This document shows positions 11,320-19,879 of a stretch of 64,000 nucleotides of DNA, one piece after another. Origin of the DNA: Neovahlkampfia damariscottae (taxonomy: Eukaryota); assembly GCA_016618085.1 (NCBI GenBank), contig JABLTG010000001.1, positions 62,001 through 126,000 of the forward strand. The letters run 5' to 3'. Within the stretch, counting starts at the first letter, position 1; every line of letters begins with the position of its first letter. Below the pieces are notes generated by a model. The model had not been told where the DNA came from, searched no databases, and was given only the letters and a program-made list of their open reading frames with translations. A program made the translations under genes and the position numbers.

Positions 11320-12739
11320 ATGAACACAGAAGAAACTCCAACTATCAACAAAGATCAATTGATATTTGTCCAAAACCAGTTTTTTAAAACTGGAAAAATT
11401 GAAAAAAATGTACCTCGTTACTTGTACTTTGAATTATTGCTCCAAAATGTACCTGTTGAAGAAGTTCTTCTTGAACTGCTGGATGATGGTACTTTAAACC
11501 TCGGAAAATATGAAAAATATTACATGAAAAAAGTTGTTTCCACAACTTTTGATGAAAATACTTCAGAAGACTTGGGTTCTGTGTTAATGAAAATTTTTGC
11601 CCAAAACGTCATTATTTCAGGCAATACTTCACATTTAACAGACGCTGTTAAATTCATCATTTTATATTTAACAAAAGACATTGAAAAATGTGAAGATGAA
11701 CAATTTATCGACACAGTATTCGAATGTATCACAAATTTATTTCAATCATCTGGTCGAAATCTTTTTACCAATTCACTTTTCAAATGTGTGTTAAAAAAGA
11801 TAGTAGTAAATTTACCAATGACACCATTGTATCTTTGATTTCTTCTTCTTTTTTTGATGATTTAACCTGAAGAACATGAAATTTTGTTTGAAAATGCTTC
11901 CGCCATGATTAAGACTTCAGGAGTAGATGACAGTATTGTTGAATTTTTATATCACATTTTTATTCATTACCAATATCAAATGAAAGAAGAAAAATTAAGG
12001 TAGACTACTTTTTTTCAATTTAAACATCAGTTTACTTCCTTATCTTCTTGAGGAAGTTTTTCGAATTCAAAGTGAAGATTTGGAAGAAAATGGGGTTTCC
12101 TCAGATACCTTTGATATATTGTGTGACATATTGAACAAATACATGTCATATTTTCCTGAAGAATCTCAAAAGATTATAGTTCCAAAGTTGACCAATTATT
12201 TCAACGAAGAAAATCACCAAATAATTGGATATTCATTGAAACTATTCGAACTATTCCAAAAGATGTTTATTTTTTAAATTTGATGGTAAAGGCATTGGAT
12301 TCAGGTGTAAGATTTCCGTTAATTCTTAAACTATAACACAAGAAACAAAATCCAATCATAATGATGAAGACATTTAAAAAATTTTTTGGTCTGATGATTG
12401 AACAAAATTTGAAAAAAGAACTTTTCAAAGTTTATCAAACTGCATACTCAAATTTATCAATTGATTCACTTTCTTCATCTGACATAATCCATAGCATTTT
12501 ATTGGAATGTATCAATAGAAAATATCACCTTGAGATAGATTTCCTGGATTTAATGAAAAATTTAATGAAAGAATTAACTGGTACAGATGTATCTCTTATT
12601 GGTCTAATTTTCAATCACCACCATTCATTCGATACGAAATCGAAGGTAGTCTCAAATGTCTATGATTTCATATATATGCTCACTGTGGGAATGGAAATTG
12701 GTTTAATAGAACAATGTGAAAATTTTTCATGTCTTGCTT
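11320..12739 (+). CDS. 5' part of a multi-exon hypothetical helical protein, interrupted by the TIR element
   Basis: Series of + strand ORFs separated by short introns; the reading frame runs into the left TIR. Confidence 0.6.
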
Positions 12740-12876
12740 CAAGTAAGTGGGGCTTTCCCGAATTGACATATCAAGGTTTTTTCGTTCTGATGCCCTGAGA
12801 ACGTCGGATTTTCTCTCCACATGACAAAGTTGAAATTTTTCAAAAAAAAAAACTCATTTTCCCGTTTTTCAAATTT
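12740..12876 (+). repeat. Left terminal inverted repeat
   Basis: CAAGTAAGTGGGGCTTTCCCGAATTGACATATCAAGGTTTTTT...CCCGTTTTTCAAATTT is the reverse complement of 15630-15767; about 18 differences by manual alignment, outer ~44 bp differ by one indel only. Confidence 0.95.
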
Positions 12877-13480
12877 CTCATATTCCTCGAAAATTTATCC
12901 CATTCCTCCTCAAATTATGTAATTTTTTGTTTCATTAAAAGAAAAATTTTCACTTTTTCAATCAAAACTTGACCATAAAATGCTGATTCTTGAAAACCAA
13001 TCCATGAACTGCTGATTTCAATATCTTATATTTTTGTAAACCCATTTTTTATCTTCAGAACTATTATAAATTTCAAAAGAATTTCAAAAATAAAAACTTT
13101 CATTTTATTGGCTGACAGAAAAACTAAGACTCAGTTCAAATGCAAAATAAATAAAAAAATCATTCCATTACTCTCAGATGACCAAATTTAATGTTTCATT
13201 TAAAAAAAATAATTTTACATCCAACAAAAATTCTCCGATAATTCGACCAATGATGAACGTAAAATGGTTTGGAGGTTCGAACGTTTATTTATTGTTAAAA
13301 CTGAAAAAAAAACATTCCATTTATCATCACAAGAATCAAATTTAATGTTTCAATTTTTTTGGCTTGTTGTTTGAAAATTGAAAACAAAATGGAATAATTG
13401 GAGATTTATTTTAACTAACCAATAATTTATTATTTTCGTTCAATTAAATAACCCAATCATAAATATTTTGTTTGAAATAG

Positions 13481-13680
13481 ATCAAACAAAACTTGTTCAG
13501 GTTCAAGAAAAAATTTCAGGATCCTCTAAAAAATCTTTTTGTCCAAATGGTTTAGTGGATCCTAAAGATCATTTTTATATTGATCCTTCAGAATGGAACG
13601 AAAAAAATTTAATACCTCATCTAAAAATTGGTCATTATCCTTTACTTGTTGCTCCAAGTCAAAGTGGTAAAACTACTCGT
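13481..13680 (+). pseudogene. Fragment (probable captured exon) of an AAA_35/STAND-like P-loop ATPase N-terminus
   Basis: SFCPNGLVDPKDHFYIDP...GHYPLLVAPSQSGKTTR (Walker A); flanked by an acceptor-like TTTGAAATAG and a donor-like GTAAAT. Confidence 0.55.
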
Positions 13681-13688
13681 GTAAATAA

Positions 13689-14150
13689 ATTGTTGGTCAA
13701 TACAATGAAAATACTTTGATCAAATTTTATAATATTCAAGTAAAACAACATAAAGAAAAAGGTAAAGCTCCACCAGCATTTGTAATTTTTGATGATTGTA
13801 TTGGAAATGTAAATTTCGATAGTAATATCATGAAAAGATTGTCCAGTACATATAGACATCCAAACTTAACCTTAATTTTCGCAACTCAGTACATTTATCG
13901 AATCCCAACAACAATCAGAGAATGTGCAACTTTTTTTGTCACTTTTAAACAAACAAAAATTAATTCATTTAAAGCAATTCAAGAAACTTTCATGAGTGAA
14001 AAATCTGTAAAGAACGTTAAAGAATTTATTAATGATGTCACAAAAGAAAAACATAATTTTATTTTAGTGAATGTTTTGGAAGATGATGAAAACAAATATA
14101 CCATTGGAAAAGCACCTGAAAAATACAAACAATTCAAAATAAAATATTGA
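13689..14150 (+). pseudogene. A32-like (FtsK/HerA family) viral DNA-packaging ATPase, C-terminal half only
   Basis: QYNENTL, Walker B FVIFDDC, RHPNLTLIFATQY, IPTTIRECA, FILVN; no in-frame ATG upstream of Walker B and no in-frame Walker A. Confidence 0.85.
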
Positions 14151-14161
14151 TCAAATATATA

Positions 14162-14383
14162 ATGGATTATTTATCTTCAGGACTTTATTATGTTTCAAAT
14201 TACAATATTGTTAATAATGCAAATTTATTTAATTTTTTTGTGTTACAATTGAAAAAACAAACTGAAGATGAAAGAAAACAATTTGTTTCTGAAATGAATT
14301 TGTTGCTGGGGAAAAAGTTCGTGAAGCAGTTTAAATTTTACCTTCATGACAAAAACCTTGAAGACTTTTTGAAATGTTTCTAA
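14162..14383 (+). CDS. Element ORF, hypothetical (73 aa)
   Basis: Intronless ORF 11 nt after the ATPase stop, preceded by AAATATATA. Confidence 0.55.
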   Translation: MDYLSSGLYYVSNYNIVNNANLFNFFVLQLKKQTEDERKQFVSEMNLLLGKKFVKQFKFYLHDKNLEDFLKCF

Positions 14384-14437
14384 AATAACGCACCAAAAAA
14401 TGATTTAAAAATTTAATCTATAATAATATTAATAATA

Positions 14438-14701
14438 ATGGAATTTAAACTTACAATATTTGCTTCAAAAAAAGACAAAAATGGAAACAAAATTAAATTT
14501 TCAGATGAAGATGCCAATATATTATGCACATCAATATTATCAGATAAAGGAATATTAAATAAGGATTCGACTCTTAGAATTAAAATATATAATGATGATT
14601 TAAATTTAAATGATGAACTGACCGACGATGTTTTTGATGGCGCCACTCCAGAATTTTTTGAAGATCAACCAATAGTGAAATTTGGTAATAAAAAAGATTA
14701 A
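14438..14701 (+). CDS. Element ORF, hypothetical acidic protein (87 aa)
   Basis: Intact intronless ORF in the co-oriented cassette. Confidence 0.6.
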   Translation: MEFKLTIFASKKDKNGNKIKFSDEDANILCTSILSDKGILNKDSTLRIKIYNDDLNLNDELTDDVFDGATPEFFEDQPIVKFGNKKD

Positions 14702-14722
14702 AATATTTGTTAAATATATATA

Positions 14723-14986
14723 ATGAATACTGAAATCATAGTTTTGATTATATTAAGTTCACTGACATGTTTGTCATCACTTGTAGCACCAATTATAACG
14801 GCTGGAGTGGAATTCACACGAAGAATTGAGAAATCAAATTGCTGTGGTTCATCCATTGAATTGACTCACATTAATGACCTTAAAGAAGATTTAAATCGAA
14901 CAAAATCAGTTCATGAAGTTAAATTGAATGAACAAGAAGAACAAATTCAAAAATTAATGAATTTGTTAAATGAAAAAAATTTATAA
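14723..14986 (+). CDS. Element ORF, small membrane protein (N-terminal TM, RRIEKSNCCG, C-terminal coiled coil)
   Basis: Hydrophobic residues ~5-30, then a basic/dicysteine motif and a heptad tail. Confidence 0.7.
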   Translation: MNTEIIVLIILSSLTCLSSLVAPIITAGVEFTRRIEKSNCCGSSIELTHINDLKEDLNRTKSVHEVKLNEQEEQIQKLMNLLNEKNL

Positions 14987-14998
14987 ATTAAATATATA

Positions 14999-15637
14999 AT
15001 GGGAATAATTTGTGGAGAATGTCATCTTTATGCATGTTCGGGTGATTCATATAAATGTACAGGTAATTGTGGCAAATATATTTGTGCTCAGTGTGCATGT
15101 ATTATTAATGATCATAATTTTTACGGACCAATTGGTTCTGACCCTTATGACGGTGATATTTTTTGTGATGATTGCCATCAGGGAAGTCATGAATGCTTTA
15201 TTATCATTTCCGAACATGGTTGTTCTTTTGCGAAGAATCAATATAAAAACCCTGAAAATTTATCAATTGTAGAAAAATTTATTGTGGATTTACCCATATC
15301 ATCCGGTGTTCAATCACAATTTTTAAAAAAAAAAAGAAATAAATATATTTCTAAAATTTATATTAAAAACGTTACAAAAAAAGCAATTGAATTGTGGGGA
15401 AATTTTACGAAACCAATAAATTTACATATTGGAATTACAAAATTATTAAATAATCATGATTTCACAAGAAAAATCGAAGAAAATTTGCATCCAATAAATT
15501 GCACTAAATATGAAATTAATTATGGATTTCAGAAAGGATTAGACGAAGTTATTGAACAAAAAATTAACAATCTGAGGAGAAATGGGAAGAAAAAAATGAG
15601 TTATGAGGAATGTTTAAAATCAGAAATCAAAATTTGA
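14999..15637 (+). CDS. Element ORF, Cys-rich zinc-finger-like protein (212 aa)
   Basis: CxxC pairs CGEC, CTGNC, CAQC, CDDC; stop codon lies within the right TIR. Confidence 0.7.
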   Translation: MGIICGECHLYACSGDSYKCTGNCGKYICAQCACIINDHNFYGPIGSDPYDGDIFCDDCHQGSHECFIIISEHGCSFAKNQYKNPENLSIVEKFIVDLPISSGVQSQFLKKKRNKYISKIYIKNVTKKAIELWGNFTKPINLHIGITKLLNNHDFTRKIEENLHPINCTKYEINYGFQKGLDEVIEQKINNLRRNGKKKMSYEECLKSEIKI

Positions 15638-15767
15638 AAAACGGGAAACAGAGTTTTTTTTGATAAAAAATTTCAAGATGGTCCAGTGGAGAGGAAAACC
15701 GACGTTCTCAGCTCACCAGAATCAAAAAACCTTGATATGTCAATTCGGGAAAGACCCCACTTACTTG
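15630..15767 (-). repeat. Right terminal inverted repeat
   Basis: Ends ...CAATTCGGGAAAGACCCCACTTACTTG, the reverse complement of the left end. Confidence 0.95.
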
Positions 15768-16497
15768 ATATCTTTGGAGAAATATGTGAACCACATATTT
15801 CTCAATCAAAATTTGTTGAAAACTGCTTAAGTTTGAATGATGTAAAAAATATTATTTGAACTTATTATTTAGCATCACGACATTGATTTAGATTTCTTAT
15901 TTTACGATAATTTGATTGAATTGTGTGCTGACCATTCAAAATCATTGGAATTACAATTAGGAAATATCTACAATAAAAAGAAATACAAACCAAAAAATAT
16001 GATACATTTGTAAACAAAAAGTATTCTTTAATCAGTTTACTAGGTATTTTGATTCTATCGTTCTTTGTTATTGTCAATATGAATACTTGAAACCACATGT
16101 TGATTTGATGATTGAGAAATCAATTTCAGCATTGATTAATGAAAATTTTATGAACAAAGAAGAATGGGAGTTTAAATTTCCACTTCTTATTCTGGGTATT
16201 TTGACAAAAGTGAATTTTGAAAAAGTTGATAAAAGATTTCAAGAATTTGGAAGAATATTTTTTGATGCAGTCAAGAGTCGTGTTGAAATTTTCTCTGAAA
16301 AATATGAACTTGGAATAATTTATGATGCATTATTTGATTTGATTCTCAATCACTCTGGGTATTCAAGTTTGAATTTTTTACCAAATTTTGAAATTCAAGA
16401 AAAATCTCAAATTCATATTTGGTTGAATGGTGGGTATTTGGAACTAGTACTCAGTGGGTTGAAAAAGTGTCACGATATTTCCTTCAAATTCAAATGA
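15768..16497 (+). CDS. 3' part of the interrupted host gene, ending in CHDISFKFK
   Basis: Frame IFGEICEPHISQSKFVENCLSLND resumes right after the TIR, followed by short introns (e.g. 15842-15872) and ORF 16087-16497; one frame inconsistency near 16010 is unresolved. Confidence 0.6.
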
Positions 16498-16595
16498 AAT
16501 TGAAAATAAAATCTTTTTTGCTCCTCCAAAGTTCAATGGATATTTTCTAGAAGTCTTTCTGTGGAAAACAATACACAAAACAAAAAAAATAAAAA

Positions 16596-16811
16596 TTAAT
16601 TTGAATTATTTGATACATAATTTGATGGAAAGAAACCTATTTCACCAGTTTTTGAATTTCTTCCATTCCACCAACCTGAGTCGTCCTTTGAAAGAATTTG
16701 AATTAAATCACCTGCATTAAAACTTATTTCTGAACTATCTGTGGCAATGAAATCGTATTTAGCGTATACTTCACCTAAAATATTTCCTTGTTCATCAGCT
16801 GTCAAAGACAT
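16596..16811 (-). CDS. Stand-alone SH3 domain protein (71 aa)
   Basis: AKYDF..EISFNAGDLI..DSGWWNG..GFFPSNYV. Confidence 0.9.
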   Translation of the reverse strand: MSLTADEQGNILGEVYAKYDFIATDSSEISFNAGDLIQILSKDDSGWWNGRNSKTGEIGFFPSNYVSNNSN

Positions 16812-16888
16812 GAAAAAAAAATGGAAAGTATGATTGGATAAGAAAGTTGAACAAAATTTGAAACCAATTTGTGTAAAATTCACTCAAT

Positions 16889-17851
16889 TTATTTTTTAAA
16901 TTTGAAATTGAGATCGAAACACTTCTCAGGAATCAACAAAGTTTTTGGATTATACGACCACAAACAAATTGATTTGAACTTATCACCAGTAATAATCAGG
17001 TCATCAGCAAGCAATAAAGAACTATACACATAACCCTTGTTGTCTGTAACAGTGAAAGTATCCAAAAAATAATAATCTAGTTTCCTGTCTAAAATGGTCA
17101 TCTGTCCATTGTATAAAGTCACAAGAAGTTTAGATTCTGGTAATGGTAATATTGAAGCAATAGATGATCCCATTGATATTTCAAATTTAATTTCCCATTT
17201 GATCGTATCAATCACAACTAAATATCCAGAATGTGTTCCAACGAATAATAAGTCTTCATTTCTATCATAGGTTTGAATGATGCATTTTACAAAACTTTTG
17301 GATTTAAATTCTTTGAATATTGAATGATCAAAATAATTTCTAATGAAATAATGACCAGAAATACCTCCATGTGAGTAATACTTATCTTCAATGTTTAAAA
17401 TATGAAATACCCATTCATCGTTAGATAAACTCAGTACTTTTGTTGGCTTGGGGTCTTTTGAATTAAATATATTAGAAACTTTCCAAATTTTCAATTCTGT
17501 TTGTGGTTTGCTTCCTGTTATAATATGTCCATCAGAAAAATAACAACAACTTCTTGTCCATTCTTTGTAAGGCAAGAAAGAACAAATTTTTTTGTTTTTT
17601 CTCCAAATAGCAAAATGTTCCTTCCCGTGACTTATTAAATCACCATTTGGTAAAAATAAAATTTTTGAAATTTTTTTTGGTGAACAAGCATCAATGGTGT
17701 TTTTTATTTCGAATGTATCAAGGTCCAAGTACAAAATTAAACCTTTTATTGTTGATGCTATCAGTTGGTGATATTCTCTATCTAGCAGAATACATGTTAT
17801 TCCTTCTTCAAAAAATTGTTTTTTGATGAGTTTACAGTTAACGATACTCAT
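16889..17851 (-). CDS. WD40-like beta-propeller protein ending in CFDLNFKFKK
   Basis: Repeated blades IITGS..LKIW, LITGD..ICLW. Confidence 0.75.
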   Translation of the reverse strand: MSIVNCKLIKKQFFEEGITCILLDREYHQLIASTIKGLILYLDLDTFEIKNTIDACSPKKISKILFLPNGDLISHGKEHFAIWRKNKKICSFLPYKEWTRSCCYFSDGHIITGSKPQTELKIWKVSNIFNSKDPKPTKVLSLSNDEWVFHILNIEDKYYSHGGISGHYFIRNYFDHSIFKEFKSKSFVKCIIQTYDRNEDLLFVGTHSGYLVVIDTIKWEIKFEISMGSSIASILPLPESKLLVTLYNGQMTILDRKLDYYFLDTFTVTDNKGYVYSSLLLADDLIITGDKFKSICLWSYNPKTLLIPEKCFDLNFKFKK

Positions 17852-18004
17852 AACAGAAAAAAACAACCAATAAAATTCAAGATAGCTAGTTTTGAGTTTT
17901 ATTCCTTTGAATTGAATATTTTTAAGATTTGAATGTTTTTAGATACTTCATTATTTTTGACCAATCACCTAATATACTTGATCATTGAAATAAACTTCTT
18001 TGTG

Positions 18005-18103
18005 AAGTTTATGATGACAAAAACAAGTTAACTGAGAAGGTGAAAACTTTCTATGATGGTTAAAACTACAAAAGAAGAACATTTTGGTGTTTGTTTGAAA
18101 TTT
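18005..18103 (+). ncRNA. Possible box C/D snoRNA (upstream member of a cluster)
   Basis: ATGATGA 18011-17, CTGA 18032-35, ATGATGG 18053-59, degenerate D box TTGA 18095-98; target not recognised. Confidence 0.4.
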
Positions 18104-18107
18104 AAAC

Positions 18108-18196
18108 GATAAAATTAAGTGATGATTTTAAAGATCAGATACTACTGAAAATATTCATGTTGAAAGTTTACACTTCACTTATCTGATAATTTTATC
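18108..18196 (+). ncRNA. Box C/D guide RNA (sno/scaRNA) with two antisense elements complementary to U2 snRNA-like sequence
   Basis: Perfect 10-bp terminal stem GATAAAATTA/TAATTTTATC; C GTGATGA 18119-25, D' CTGA 18145-48, C' ATGTTGA 18157-63, D CTGA 18183-86. Confidence 0.85.
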
Positions 18197-18455
18197 TGTT
18201 TTTTTTTTCAAAATAAACAAAAAAACATAATTAACACAAAAGGTTGTCAAAAATAAAAAAGTTCAAATTTGGAAGTTGAAATTCAATCATTGTTATTACT
18301 CCGAGGTATTTTTTGACATGGAAAAACGAAGGTAAGTTACTAAAGATTAATAGGAATGATGGAAGTTTAATTTGCTTTCGTGGGCGTTTTGGCAAAGCTG
18401 AATGTTTCATTCAACATTTGTCTCATTCTCTTCTAATTCATGCAATAAATCAACT

Positions 18456-18809
18456 TTATTTTTTCTGGTTTTCAACATCTTTTAAAAACTCTTGAAATGA
18501 GGGCAGTATTCTGGTTGCCTTTTCTTCTTTCTTTGCTTTTGGTTCTTTTTGCTTCATTTTTTTTCCTTTCTTTACATGTTCAACTGGACCGTATAAATTC
18601 TTGAACTTTCCATCTTGAACACCAATTCCATTTGTTTTGTAGTGATATGGCCACCTAGAGATTCCCAGATGAACCATATTGGCCTTCAATTTGGGTCTTG
18701 AAAGATTTAACATTGAAGTAGCGATGTCAAACGGATAAACAAAGTAAGGCTTTAGTTCCTCCATTGTCAGAAACCCCTTTTCCTCCTCAGTTGGAGGTGC
18801 TTTGTCCAT
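18456..18809 (-). CDS. RWP-RK domain transcription factor
   Basis: LTMEELKPYFVYPFDIATSMLNLS..LK...LGISRWPY. Confidence 0.85.
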   Translation of the reverse strand: MDKAPPTEEEKGFLTMEELKPYFVYPFDIATSMLNLSRPKLKANMVHLGISRWPYHYKTNGIGVQDGKFKNLYGPVEHVKKGKKMKQKEPKAKKEEKATRILPSFQEFLKDVENQKK

Positions 18810-19259
18810 CTTTTGTTCGGCTAAAATTAGTAGAAAAATTTCCTAATGCATCTATAAATGCTAAATTTGGAAGAAATGAAAACCAAATCTGAATTCTGCT
18901 TCTTCGTGCTTTAAACAGCTCAAAACTTGATTGCTGTAGTATTTTTTTCAATTCTAAGAGAAAACAACAACGGCTTTTTCTTTACTTTTGGAAATCACTT
19001 TTTCCTCATTTTAACATTCAATTTTTCCGTTGATTTTCATTTGCTGCGAGGAAAAATCAATTTTTCTTGTTTTTCATTTGTTAAGAATACATGTCTTGAT
19101 TTGCACTGAAGACACAAATGGATACATGAATTTGAATATTGGTATTTATTGACTCAACAAAGAAATAAACCATGGAATCCAGAGAAAATGAACGTGTCAC
19201 GTTCTTCAGACTTGTTGTGAGTGTTTTATAAAAGTTTATTCGTTTAACATAAGAATTCT

Positions 19260-19722
19260 TTATTTTTGTTTCTTCAAACTTCTTGAAATATCAAAAATGG
19301 AAAAAATCAATTCAACAAGTATTCTTAATGCAATAACGCCTACAACCAAACCAAATAAAAGAGTTGGAATATAAAGCAATTTAAAAACAGCCAAATTTAT
19401 CAATCTACGAGTATTTGAAAGATCTCTTAATCCTGCAATCAATACATAAACCACTGAACTGTTTTTTTTTAAAGTGAAAAGAAAAATGCGTTTTACATGA
19501 TTGAAAAGAGAAACATTGAAATTAAAGTGACATAATAAAATAATTTTGTTAAAAATAAACCAACTTTAAAATTTAAAATTTCAAAAAAATAAAACCATGT
19601 TCGAATAGCTATTGGTTGTACAATTAATTTTTTTTTTTTTTTACCAAAGGATTAAAAGCTTTAAAAGAGATCGGAAGATTTGGTATTTTCTCAATATCTT
19701 CTATTGTATCATCAAAACTCAT
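19260..19722 (-). CDS. Small multi-exon membrane protein, DUF4282-like
   Basis: Hydrophobic exons ending GVIALRILVELIFSIFDISRSL; exon boundaries approximate. Confidence 0.5.
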
Positions 19723-19879
19723 TTTATTTTCAGTCAGTTTTGTTGTTGTTTTGGAAAGTAAAGAATGGAAATTATTGGACAAAATTTGAATGCTTTTAAG
19801 ATACTTCCATGACGAATTAATAGATATTTACAAACACTCAAAAGAAGAAAAGTTGAATTAAAATTAATACGTTCATTCT

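Larger units (their letters stand above)
12740..15767. mobile_element. TIR-bounded non-autonomous element with viral-type cargo (putative deleted Polinton-like virus or virophage-type element)
   Basis: ~137-bp inverted termini; interrupts a host reading frame; carries the C-terminal half of an A32-like ATPase and tightly packed intronless ORFs. Confidence 0.85.

Noticed and set aside
13468..14150. Single ATPase expressed by programmed frameshift
   Set aside because: No clear slippery site, Walker A-B spacing too short, and the two halves resemble different ATPase families.
12730..15780. Canonical intact Polinton/Maverick (AG...CT ends, 6-bp TSD)
   Set aside because: AG/CT ends can be drawn at 12742/15765, but the flanks GCTTCA and TGATAT are not a duplication, and no integrase, pPolB or capsid gene is present.
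18345..18360. U1 snRNA 5' end (ACTTACCT on minus strand)
   Set aside because: No U1-70K loop, U1A loop or Sm site follows in the expected order.
19090..19230. snRNA suggested by hairpins (loop ATTTGCAC; GAACGTG-T-CACGTTC)
   Set aside because: No U1 5' end, U2 branch-pairing sequence or convincing Sm site; left unassigned.
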